This document shows positions 20,328-28,132 of a DNA stretch of 64,000 bases, piece by piece. The DNA is from Acidobacteriota bacterium. GTDB lineage: Bacteria; Acidobacteriota; UBA6911; RPQK01; JAJDTT01. Where the stretch lies: contig CBDCJH010000001.1 of the NCBI GenBank assembly GCA_965217775.1, positions 1-64,000 of the forward strand, read 5' to 3'. The notes below the pieces were generated by a model. The model did not search any database. It was not told the DNA's origin and saw only the letters and a list, made by a program, of their open reading frames with translations. Numbering within the stretch: position 1 is the first letter of the stretch; the number at the start of each line of letters is the position of its first letter. A program made the position numbers and the translations under genes.

Positions 20328-22535
20328 ATGCATGCCATCTCCAACATTGCATCGGCGCTCCTGACCTGGACATTGCTCCTCAGCTCCGGTCAACTGACGG
20401 CACAGGACTTCACCCAGCCTTTCAAACCCGACCCCAACACCGTCGTCCTCTATCACTTCGATGAAGGCCAGGGTGACGAGACCCGCGATGCCTGTGGTGA
20501 TCCCGAACTGACCCTGCGGGCTCACCAGGAGGCATTGCGGGGCAGCCGGGCTGGCTTCGGAGCCACGGCCCGCTTCCTCCGCCGTGAGGACGATGCCAAC
20601 GTCCTGGTCGGTCCCGTCGACAACCCCAAGCTGGAGCTTCGGGGCTGCACCCGGGAGTGGACCATCGAGGCGTGGGTCCGCCACACGGGGGGATCGGAAC
20701 AGAATGGGTACCGGAACATCTGCGGGAGCGACGATGAGGGAGTCGGACTGACCGATGGGATCCGGGGGGGATGGAATTTCTTTCTGATCGCTCCCAGGAT
20801 CGACAGGGCCTGGGTCCTCGACCGGGGGATCGGTCCCCACGCCCGGTTCTTTGGATCCTACGCCCGAGCCCCCGGCCACGACGTCAATCAGATCGGCAGG
20901 TCCAACTCTACTTTCCTCATCACCGATGATGAGTGGCACCATGTGGCGTGGCAGTTCCGGTACCAAGATCAGATGCATTTCCTGTTCCTGGACGGGAAGC
21001 TGGTTTATCGGGAAAGCCGTCCTGGGGGAAGGTCCGTGAGCAACGACGCTGCCCGGTGTGATCTTCCCTTCGTCGTAGGAGGTTTCCTCCACGCGCAGGA
21101 GGCGCCCAGCCATTTCGACCCCGCCGGCCGCATGCCGTTTCCCAACTACGGAAACTTCGAGGGGGAGATCGACGAGCTGCGCATCTCCGACATCATGCGC
21201 TACCCGGTGGCCCAGCAGCTTCGTCTGATCCACCGAGTCCTGCCCGAGGCCGGTCTGAAGCTGCCTTACTCGGCAACTTTGTCTACGGATCCGGCCCGGG
21301 GCAAGGTCAGGTGGGAGCTGGCCGGCGGCAAGCTGCCGTCGGGTCTGGTCCTGGACCGGGCGAGTGGTCTCATCCATGGCACCCCGATTGAACTCGCCAG
21401 CGAAGCACGGCTTACGATTCGGGCAAGCGATGAGATTGGCCACAGTGACCAGCACCTGTTCACGCTCTCGGTGCGTCCGGGCCACATCACCACCGAGTCG
21501 CTCCCTCTGGCCTTGACAGGGCATTCTTATCGGCATCGTCTGGAGTCGGCGTATATGAGGACGCCGGTGAGGTGGAGGATCCGAAGGGACACTCTGCCCG
21601 AAGGGCTCGGGTTCGACAGGGCCAGCGGTGTGTTTTCGGGCACGCCTACGTCGGTGATCCGGACCCCTTTGACATTCGAGGCAGTGGATGGGCTCGGTGC
21701 TGTAGACACACAGGAGCTGATCTTCCGGGTGGTACCGGAAGCACTGCGACAGATTGCGCCGGATAAACACACCGTAGCCCTCTGGAACTGGCAGGGTCCC
21801 GGAAGCAGGCGCGTCGCCGACCTCAGGGGCGACGAGGAGCTGGCGCCGACCTGGATCAATCTGAAGGGCGAAACACGGATACCCCGGCCAAACTGGGGCC
21901 GGTATCCATACTTCATCGGCGGCGGCGAAGGAGGCTTCGTCGGACCCCGGAACAACGAGAAGCTGGACCTCAGGACCTGCAAGAGGGCCTGGACCGTTGA
22001 GGCCTGGGTCCGGCCAGGTGGACCCGTCGACGGTTATGGCCGCAAAGTCGACTTCGGACACATCTGTGGGACCTACGACAACAGCGAGCCCGGTGTCTGG
22101 GAGTTCTACCTTTCGAACCACAACTCACCCAACGGCAGCTTTTCGCCTGGGGTGCACTTTCTGGGCGCGGAGCCCGAACAATCTCTCAAGGATCTGCACC
22201 CCTGGTCCCGGCCCGAGGGCATCGTGGCCGACCCCAAGGAGGTGGGCATCCAGGACACCCGCTGGCACCACGTCGCCTGGCAATACAGTTACGTGGAAGA
22301 CCTCCATCAGCTCTTCCTGGACGGCCGGCTCATCTGGCAGATGAAGAGCCCCAATGGGCGCAACCTCGTCAACAATCGCCGCCACAATGCCCAGTTCAGC
22401 GTCGGGTCTCGTCTCACCGGCTATGCCCGCCTTGGCGGCAATTTCAACTGGTTGGGCAAGGGCAACTTCTTCGGTCAGATCGGGGAGATAAGGATCTCCG
22501 ATGTCCGCCGCTATGGCGGCGAGGCGGAAGACTGA
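20328..22535 (+). CDS. Secreted protein: LamG-like domain, putative Ig (He_PIG) repeats, second LamG-like domain
   Basis: Signal peptide; TVVLYHFDEG, WTIEAWV, WHHVAW, GEIDELRISD twice; LPSGLVLD..SGLIHGTP and LPEGLGFD..SGVFSGTP. Confidence 0.8.
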   Translation: MHAISNIASALLTWTLLLSSGQLTAQDFTQPFKPDPNTVVLYHFDEGQGDETRDACGDPELTLRAHQEALRGSRAGFGATARFLRREDDANVLVGPVDNPKLELRGCTREWTIEAWVRHTGGSEQNGYRNICGSDDEGVGLTDGIRGGWNFFLIAPRIDRAWVLDRGIGPHARFFGSYARAPGHDVNQIGRSNSTFLITDDEWHHVAWQFRYQDQMHFLFLDGKLVYRESRPGGRSVSNDAARCDLPFVVGGFLHAQEAPSHFDPAGRMPFPNYGNFEGEIDELRISDIMRYPVAQQLRLIHRVLPEAGLKLPYSATLSTDPARGKVRWELAGGKLPSGLVLDRASGLIHGTPIELASEARLTIRASDEIGHSDQHLFTLSVRPGHITTESLPLALTGHSYRHRLESAYMRTPVRWRIRRDTLPEGLGFDRASGVFSGTPTSVIRTPLTFEAVDGLGAVDTQELIFRVVPEALRQIAPDKHTVALWNWQGPGSRRVADLRGDEELAPTWINLKGETRIPRPNWGRYPYFIGGGEGGFVGPRNNEKLDLRTCKRAWTVEAWVRPGGPVDGYGRKVDFGHICGTYDNSEPGVWEFYLSNHNSPNGSFSPGVHFLGAEPEQSLKDLHPWSRPEGIVADPKEVGIQDTRWHHVAWQYSYVEDLHQLFLDGRLIWQMKSPNGRNLVNNRRHNAQFSVGSRLTGYARLGGNFNWLGKGNFFGQIGEIRISDVRRYGGEAED

Positions 22536-22574
22536 TTCAACCAGCCCAGCCAGAACTCTTTAGGTGATGAGAAA

Positions 22575-23818
22575 GGGGATTATATACGTAAGTGCCGAGA
22601 ATTCAGGCTGATGGGTTACAATTCCGACCATGAAAGGCCACGCAACTATCCAGTGCCGAGCCAAGCTGTCCAAGGGTGGAATCCGGCGGTTGGACCGGGT
22701 GAGGTCCATCCTGAATCGGCTGTACAACGCTGCACTGGAGGAACGCAGGACGGCCTGGGAATCCGAGCAACGCGGCGTGACCCTGTACGATCAGATGAAG
22801 GGGTTGACCTCCCAGAGGAAGGACGATCCGGAGGGGCTCGAGTCGGTGGCGGTCAAGGCGGAGCGTGGGATGTTGATGCGGTTGGACCGGGCCTTCAAGG
22901 CGTTCTTCCGTCGCTGCAAGGCGGGGGAGAAGCCGGGGTATCCTCGATTCCGGCCCATTGCGAGGATGGAGACCATCGACGTCGTCGACCCCAAAGCGAC
23001 CCTGGTGAAGAAGCGCGCTCGGGGCTACGCCATCCAGCCCAAGGGCTTCCCGACGATCCGGATATTTCCGTCCCGGCCGTTGCCGGACGGATGCCCGTTG
23101 AAGGCGTTGCGGATCGTCCGCAAGCCGAACCGGGTGTATGTGGACCTGACGTACGAGGTGGAGAAGCCGCCGCTACCGAAATGCGAGTCTTCGGTAGGGA
23201 TCGACCTGGGCGTCCGCAAGCGAGCGGTGCTGTCCACGGGTGAGAGGATCGAACGGAATAGACGGGACTGGGCGGGGATCCGAAAGCAGCAGAGAAAGGT
23301 CTCCAGGTGCACGAAGACTTCCAAGACCAGACGGAAGCGGATCCTACATCTATCTCGGCTCCGTCAGCGGGAAGCGGTCCGAAACCGTAATGCCTGCCAT
23401 CGTCTCTCCACCAGGATCATTCGTGAGCACGGTCTGATCGCTGTGGAGAAGCTGAACATCCAAGGGATGGTAACGAAGGGCTCGAAGAAGAAGGGGCTGA
23501 ATCGAGAAATAATGACGCAATCATGGGGGCTTCTGCGGAATCAACTCCAGTACAAGGCAGAATGGGCCGGTCGGGAGTTCGTAGAAGTGAATCCCGCATA
23601 TACATCGCAGGACTGCCACCGGTGCGGCGCCCGCCACGATCCAGGGCGGAGAGAAACCTTCCGGTGCAGGGCCTGCGGACTTGGAATGGACAGGGACCAC
23701 AATGCCGCCCTGAACATTCTCAGGGCTGGGGTTCTTGCCCTGGGCACCGGAACGTATCTCGTTGGGGAAAGCGTGGTGCCAGAACTGTATGCCAAGGGCA
23801 CTTAGGTATATAAGCCCC
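22575..23818 (+). mobile_element. Non-autonomous TIR/TSD-bounded element carrying only tnpB (IS1595-like ends)
   Basis: TIRs GGGGATTATATACGTAAGTGCC (22575-22596) and GGCACTTAGGTATATAAGCCCC (23797-23818), 20/22; ATGAGAAA duplicated at 22567-22574 and 23819-23826. Confidence 0.9.
22630..23805 (+). CDS. tnpB: RNA-guided endonuclease TnpB
   Basis: YNAALEERR, PGYPRFR, RuvC VGIDLG / IAVEKL / DRDHNAALNI, Zn finger CHRC...CRAC, VNPAYTSQ. Confidence 0.95.
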   Translation: MKGHATIQCRAKLSKGGIRRLDRVRSILNRLYNAALEERRTAWESEQRGVTLYDQMKGLTSQRKDDPEGLESVAVKAERGMLMRLDRAFKAFFRRCKAGEKPGYPRFRPIARMETIDVVDPKATLVKKRARGYAIQPKGFPTIRIFPSRPLPDGCPLKALRIVRKPNRVYVDLTYEVEKPPLPKCESSVGIDLGVRKRAVLSTGERIERNRRDWAGIRKQQRKVSRCTKTSKTRRKRILHLSRLRQREAVRNRNACHRLSTRIIREHGLIAVEKLNIQGMVTKGSKKKGLNREIMTQSWGLLRNQLQYKAEWAGREFVEVNPAYTSQDCHRCGARHDPGRRETFRCRACGLGMDRDHNAALNILRAGVLALGTGTYLVGESVVPELYAKGT

Positions 23819-23873
23819 ATGAGAAACCTGGGTTGATCGCGTTTCGACGCGAGATTCGAACAGAGGATCGACT

Positions 23874-25166
23874 ATGCCAAGAACGAGCCTATTGGTTTTC
23901 GGGTTGGCTTGCCTGGTGCTCACCCTGGCGGTGGCAGCGCAAGAGGCACGCCCGGCACCAGAAAGCGAAGCGTGGGAGCGGCAGGCCCAAGCCTACTTGA
24001 AAAGTATTCTGTACCCGCGGGAGCAGGTGGAGGACTGGATCTCGGGCAGGGCAACGCTGGGTGAATCCTACGACAGCCAACTGGGGTGGCTGTTTGCCGA
24101 CAGACGGGTCAAACACGGGGTCGATGGATCGATATCGACCTATCGGTACGCGGGCGCCCGCCGAACCATCATGTACGGCGGCAACCCTTGCCGGATCAAC
24201 ACCTACGGAAACAGTTTCACTCACTGCGACCAGGTCAGTGACGGCGAAACCTGGCAGGAAGTGCTCGCCGCCCACCTGTGTGAACCTCTGCGCAACTTCG
24301 GAGTCGGGGGGTACTCCGTCTACCAGGCCTACCTGAGAATGCTGCGGGAGGAAACTCGTACCCCCGCCCGGTACATCATCTTCAACATCTACGACGACGA
24401 TCACTATCGAAACCTGCATGGCTGGCGCAACATTCGATTGGGCTATACGACCGGGATGTGGCCGGCCGTGCTCGGCTCCACCATGCCCTACGTCGTTGTG
24501 AATCCCGCAACCAAGCAATTTACCGAGTTCAAAAACCCCTGTCCTACTCCCGAATCGGTTCGTAACCTCAGCGACCCCGACTGGGTGTTCGAGCGATTCA
24601 AGGACGACTTCGTGCTGAAGATCGTGCTGGCCCAAAGGGATCCAGGGACGAGCTCCCCCCAGCCGAGCTACGACGTGATTGAGGAGCTGGCTCGGGAACA
24701 CGGCCTCCGGATCAGCATCGGGACTCCGGAAGAGCTGAAACGAACCGCAGAGGAGCTTTACACCAGAGCCGCGCTGTTCGCCACCATGAGGATCGTCGAG
24801 AAGATCGAGCACTTTGCATCGGCTCAGGGAAAACAAGTCCTCTTCGTGCTCTCCTATGGGCAACGGAACGCAGCGCAGGTGCTGAAAACAGGGGAACGTT
24901 TCGACCAGAGCCTGCTTGATTTTCTAGAAGAGAAGAGGCTGCCTTATGTCGATCTGATGGAAGCGCACAGGAGGGATTTTGCCCAGTTCAACCTGACTGT
25001 GGACGAGTACATCAGGCGTTATTGGATCGGCCACTACAATCCCCGGGGCAACTTTTTTCAGGCATTTGCCATCAAGGACAAGTTGGTCGAGCTGCTCGAC
25101 CCGAAGCCCATCAGCTACTCCACCGATCCATCGACGTACATCGAAATGAAGCCCAACAGGCCCTAA
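23874..25166 (+). CDS. Secreted SGNH-hydrolase-like protein
   Basis: Signal peptide; YGNSFT, NFGVGGYSVYQ, GHYNPRGN. Confidence 0.65.
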   Translation: MPRTSLLVFGLACLVLTLAVAAQEARPAPESEAWERQAQAYLKSILYPREQVEDWISGRATLGESYDSQLGWLFADRRVKHGVDGSISTYRYAGARRTIMYGGNPCRINTYGNSFTHCDQVSDGETWQEVLAAHLCEPLRNFGVGGYSVYQAYLRMLREETRTPARYIIFNIYDDDHYRNLHGWRNIRLGYTTGMWPAVLGSTMPYVVVNPATKQFTEFKNPCPTPESVRNLSDPDWVFERFKDDFVLKIVLAQRDPGTSSPQPSYDVIEELAREHGLRISIGTPEELKRTAEELYTRAALFATMRIVEKIEHFASAQGKQVLFVLSYGQRNAAQVLKTGERFDQSLLDFLEEKRLPYVDLMEAHRRDFAQFNLTVDEYIRRYWIGHYNPRGNFFQAFAIKDKLVELLDPKPISYSTDPSTYIEMKPNRP

Positions 25167-25190
25167 GATTCCAGCCTGCGCCAGCCCTAG

Positions 25191-25348
25191 CAGCCCGTGG
25201 CAAAAGTCGTCACGGCATTCGACCGTCCCTGCATCCCGGCGGACTGCGTTGCGACTCGGTCACATACTCCCGGTATGCTCCCTCATCGCGCCTTGTCCGG
25301 CGGGCGCAGGAACGGTCTCGGTGCTCGCGCGACTTTTACCACGGACTG
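25191..25348 (+). mobile_element. 158-bp MITE, copy 2, with CTAG target duplication
   Basis: TIR CAGCCCGTGGCAAAAGTCG / CGACTTTTACCACGGACTG (17/19); CTAG at 25187-25190 and 25349-25352. Confidence 0.9.
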
Positions 25349-25707
25349 CTAGCCCGAATTCTCATCACCGACCCGATAATCGGTTTGTTAAACAGCATTT
25401 CAGTGGTTTTCTCAGCCATATGAATTCGAGAGCCGTCCTACCTACTCGAATGCGGTGACAAAAGCCGAAATCCGGCGATGTCCAGGGGCATCTGACCTTC
25501 CACGGGCACTCGTGAGCGATGGTTTTCCCCCAAGAGCTGGCTCCAGGGCAGAGTTCGTCCCGCACGTCCCGCAGACTTCCAACTTGGCGTCTTCCCAACA
25601 GCGGGTTCGCGTTTACGGCGAAGCGGAGGGGGTTGCACTCGGGACAGAACCGTCCGCAACCATGCCGCGTACGCGTAGCTCTCGGAAAACGACAACCAAA
25701 CCTCAGA

Positions 25708-25727
25708 GAGAAGGTGACTGTCCCCTT
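25708..25727 (-). repeat. 20-bp motif within a hairpin (AGAGAGAAGG-N9-CCTTCTCTCT), inverted partner of 18695-18714
   Basis: Direct sequence comparison. Confidence 0.6.
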
Positions 25728-25744
25728 CTCTCTCGCGCGCGCGT

Positions 25745-25963
25745 GCGCACTACGCCTGCATCTTCGCACTAGGTGAGGAACCGTCCCACCTGGTGGGCGT
25801 AAGCCGTCCGTGTGTTCGGGTTCGAGATCCGCGCCGAGAAGAACTCATCGGCCGCGAAGCAGGCCGCCTTGCCGGCTCTCACGAGGATGGCCGGGAAGTC
25901 CCCCTGGAGGTCATTTGTCGCCGGCGAATCTCCGGTTCTGGGCGCGAGTTCCCGGTCCGCCAT
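25745..25963 (-). pseudogene. N-terminal fragment of a Xer-like tyrosine recombinase/integrase
   Basis: PAILVRAG..A.FAADEFFSARISNPNTRTAY...VGRFLT*CED; TAG replaces the expected Trp; no catalytic domain follows. Confidence 0.7.
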
Positions 25964-26135
25964 ATTAGGTAAGTATAATGTACTTTTTCGTATTCTAATC
26001 TACGGACCTGACTCCCCTATTCTCCGCCGGCCGGGGCGCTCGATCTCCTCTTTCTTCCCAACCGGGTGAGCCCATCCCGGAGAGAAAATCACATTTATCA
26101 GTGACCGGACGATCCACACTGGGGAGGCAAACGCC

Positions 26136-26705
26136 ATGAGAAATTGGACGAGCACGAATGGAGGATGGCTCAGGAACACGACGGCGACGGGACTCGTTCC
26201 CCTGTTGCTTCTTGTGAGCATGCCCGGCTGCACGGCCAGACACATGCCGGACTGGTCCACGGTTCAGGCTGTGAAGCCCGGCACCAAGATGGAGGTGCAG
26301 CTCTACGAGGACGAACTCTTGCTGGGACATGGCGAGAAGATCAACGGTCGGATCCGATCGACCACAGACGAGTCCGTCACATTGGATCTCAAAGATCGCA
26401 TGGAAGCCCTCACCTTGCAGAAGTCGCAGGTGCGCAAGGTGTCGACTCACCGTCCCTTCTGGAAGCGTCCGGCGGGATGGCTGACCCTTGTGGGGGCCTC
26501 CACATTTACGGCCATTTATGGCAGCGGTAAAGACGTCGATTTATACCCGGCATGGTGGCTCCTCTTTATCGGCCCGCCCACTCTCCTTGGCTTTATTAGC
26601 TCACCCAACGAGCGAATCTACGAAGTCCCACCCCAGCACAGGGATTCAGAGTGGTGGGATGGCGCGCCAGCGATCGAGACGAAGACGCCCAACCCTTCCA
26701 AGTGA
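26136..26705 (+). CDS. Hypothetical exported/membrane protein (possible lipoprotein)
   Basis: GGAGG RBS; hydrophobic signal ending in GC; small beta domain plus two hydrophobic segments. Confidence 0.65.
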   Translation: MRNWTSTNGGWLRNTTATGLVPLLLLVSMPGCTARHMPDWSTVQAVKPGTKMEVQLYEDELLLGHGEKINGRIRSTTDESVTLDLKDRMEALTLQKSQVRKVSTHRPFWKRPAGWLTLVGASTFTAIYGSGKDVDLYPAWWLLFIGPPTLLGFISSPNERIYEVPPQHRDSEWWDGAPAIETKTPNPSK

Positions 26706-26848
26706 TTCGGCCCTCCAGAATCCGTGGCCACTCCTGGCCTTCGTGAGCCCCTTCTCAAGCAGAAATCACATTTCCTGATGCGTACCTCCTGCCCGCTGTG
26801 GGGATGTCCCATGGGAGGCAGGAGTCCAAGGCAGAAGGAGGTGCCGCG

Positions 26849-27355
26849 ATGAGATTCCCAACAATGAAGTCATGCCGGATCCAAATCGTCTCTTTAATCC
26901 TCGCTGTATTGATCTTCATACCAGCACATGCCGAGGTGATCCCTGGACGCTGGGAGAAGGTCTCGACCTTGGAAATGACGTCGCCCATCATGGCGGAACT
27001 GAAAAACGGGGATCGGATCCAGGGCCAGTTCCAACATCTGTCGCCATCAGCCCTGGAACTCCGGAGCCTCGCCGGTCGGGCAGTGATCCCAAAATCGGAC
27101 ATCCGGACGATTACCACTCCCTCAAAGGATGGTCTGGGCAACGGAGCCGGAATTGGCGCCGCGATTGGGGCTGGACTTGCACTCGGGACCTTCATCTTGG
27201 CGGTTCGTACTCGAGGTGGGTTGGATGGTGATACACAGTCTTTGTTGGTGATGGGAGGCATGGGAGCCGGCATCGGAGCCGGAATTGGCGCCGCTGCCGA
27301 TGCCGCCACGAAGGGCGATCCCATCGTGGTCTACAAAGCGCCCGAAACTCCTTAG
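26849..27355 (+). CDS. Hypothetical exported protein with glycine-zipper segments
   Basis: AAGGAGGT RBS; signal peptide; GAGIGAAIGAG and GMGAGIGAGIGA. Confidence 0.7.
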   Translation: MRFPTMKSCRIQIVSLILAVLIFIPAHAEVIPGRWEKVSTLEMTSPIMAELKNGDRIQGQFQHLSPSALELRSLAGRAVIPKSDIRTITTPSKDGLGNGAGIGAAIGAGLALGTFILAVRTRGGLDGDTQSLLVMGGMGAGIGAGIGAAADAATKGDPIVVYKAPETP

Positions 27356-27394
27356 AGTCCCAAGCACAGAGATCCGGAAGGGAAGCAAAAATAA

Positions 27395-27420
27395 GGTCCG
27401 TTAACTGAAATTAACGGACC
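27395..27420. terminator. Perfect 10-bp hairpin between convergent genes
   Basis: GGTCCGTTAA-CTGAAA-TTAACGGACC; T-rich tail on the minus strand. Confidence 0.45.
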
Positions 27421-27525
27421 CTCTCCGGAAATAGGGCCGTTGCCCCGCGTTTCGTAGTGGGGCAACCCCTCCCGACGAACAGCAACCCGCGCGCGCCACC
27501 AGGAGTTTCCGTTTCGCCGGCAGGA

Positions 27526-28032
27526 TCAGGTGGCGACCGGAAGCGGAAAGACCCGGGCGTGCCAAGCCTCTCCGTAGGGAAGTTCGAAGCGGCCGGATCT
27601 CACCTGCCCCAGGTTCTGAATCATGGTATCGAACACCGGGGTGTCGGGCTTGAGCCGACCCGACTCGGCCACGTCACGGAACTCCATATGGTCTATGGAC
27701 CGGACCCGGCCGTTTTCATCACGGAAGAAGATAAGATTCCCGGCGGGAGGCGCGACACCGACAGCCGCGTAGAGATGCCGGATGTTTCTCATCATGCCGT
27801 CGATGGAGCAACCGGATACGGACCCCGGAGTACACGCGGCGATCACCAGAAAGCGATCGTGAACGATCTCGAAAGCGGACTCGACCGGGACCTGGTGTGA
27901 AGCCCAGCCGGCTGAGAAACGCGCCATTCCCGCGCGGACCGTCTCCTGCTCGGCCGGACCGAGCGGGCGATCGAAACCACTGATCCAGACCCGGGCGTCA
28001 TCGGGAAGTCGGCGGAAGGTGTCCCAATTCAT
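27526..28032 (-). CDS. Conserved hypothetical protein
   Basis: LPDDARVWI, WASHQ, SGCSID, VFDTMI; matches a widespread uncharacterised family; no Walker motif. Confidence 0.75.
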   Translation of the reverse strand: MNWDTFRRLPDDARVWISGFDRPLGPAEQETVRAGMARFSAGWASHQVPVESAFEIVHDRFLVIAACTPGSVSGCSIDGMMRNIRHLYAAVGVAPPAGNLIFFRDENGRVRSIDHMEFRDVAESGRLKPDTPVFDTMIQNLGQVRSGRFELPYGEAWHARVFPLPVAT

Positions 28033-28132
28033 AGTGTCAGCCTCGATTCGGAGATCTCTGCTCTATTCGATGCCGAGATTATACATTAGAGTCTAGGCAT
28101 CGTAGCGAAGCCCAGCCCAGGAGTCTTGGCCA

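Noticed and set aside
22575-22596. Casposon-like end (GGGGAT-TATATA)
   Set aside because: Superficially similar, but there is no cas1 or polB, the element is 1.2 kb, and an 8-bp TSD fits IS1595-type transposition better.
22630-23805. tnpB as Cas12f with a CRISPR array, or as an ordinary IS605/IS1341 element
   Set aside because: No repeat-spacer array was seen anywhere in the window and there is no tnpA; boundaries are defined by TIRs and an 8-bp TSD instead.
25360-25700. Possible transposase remnant between the MITE and the integrase stub
   Set aside because: No frame gave a recognisable motif; left unassigned.
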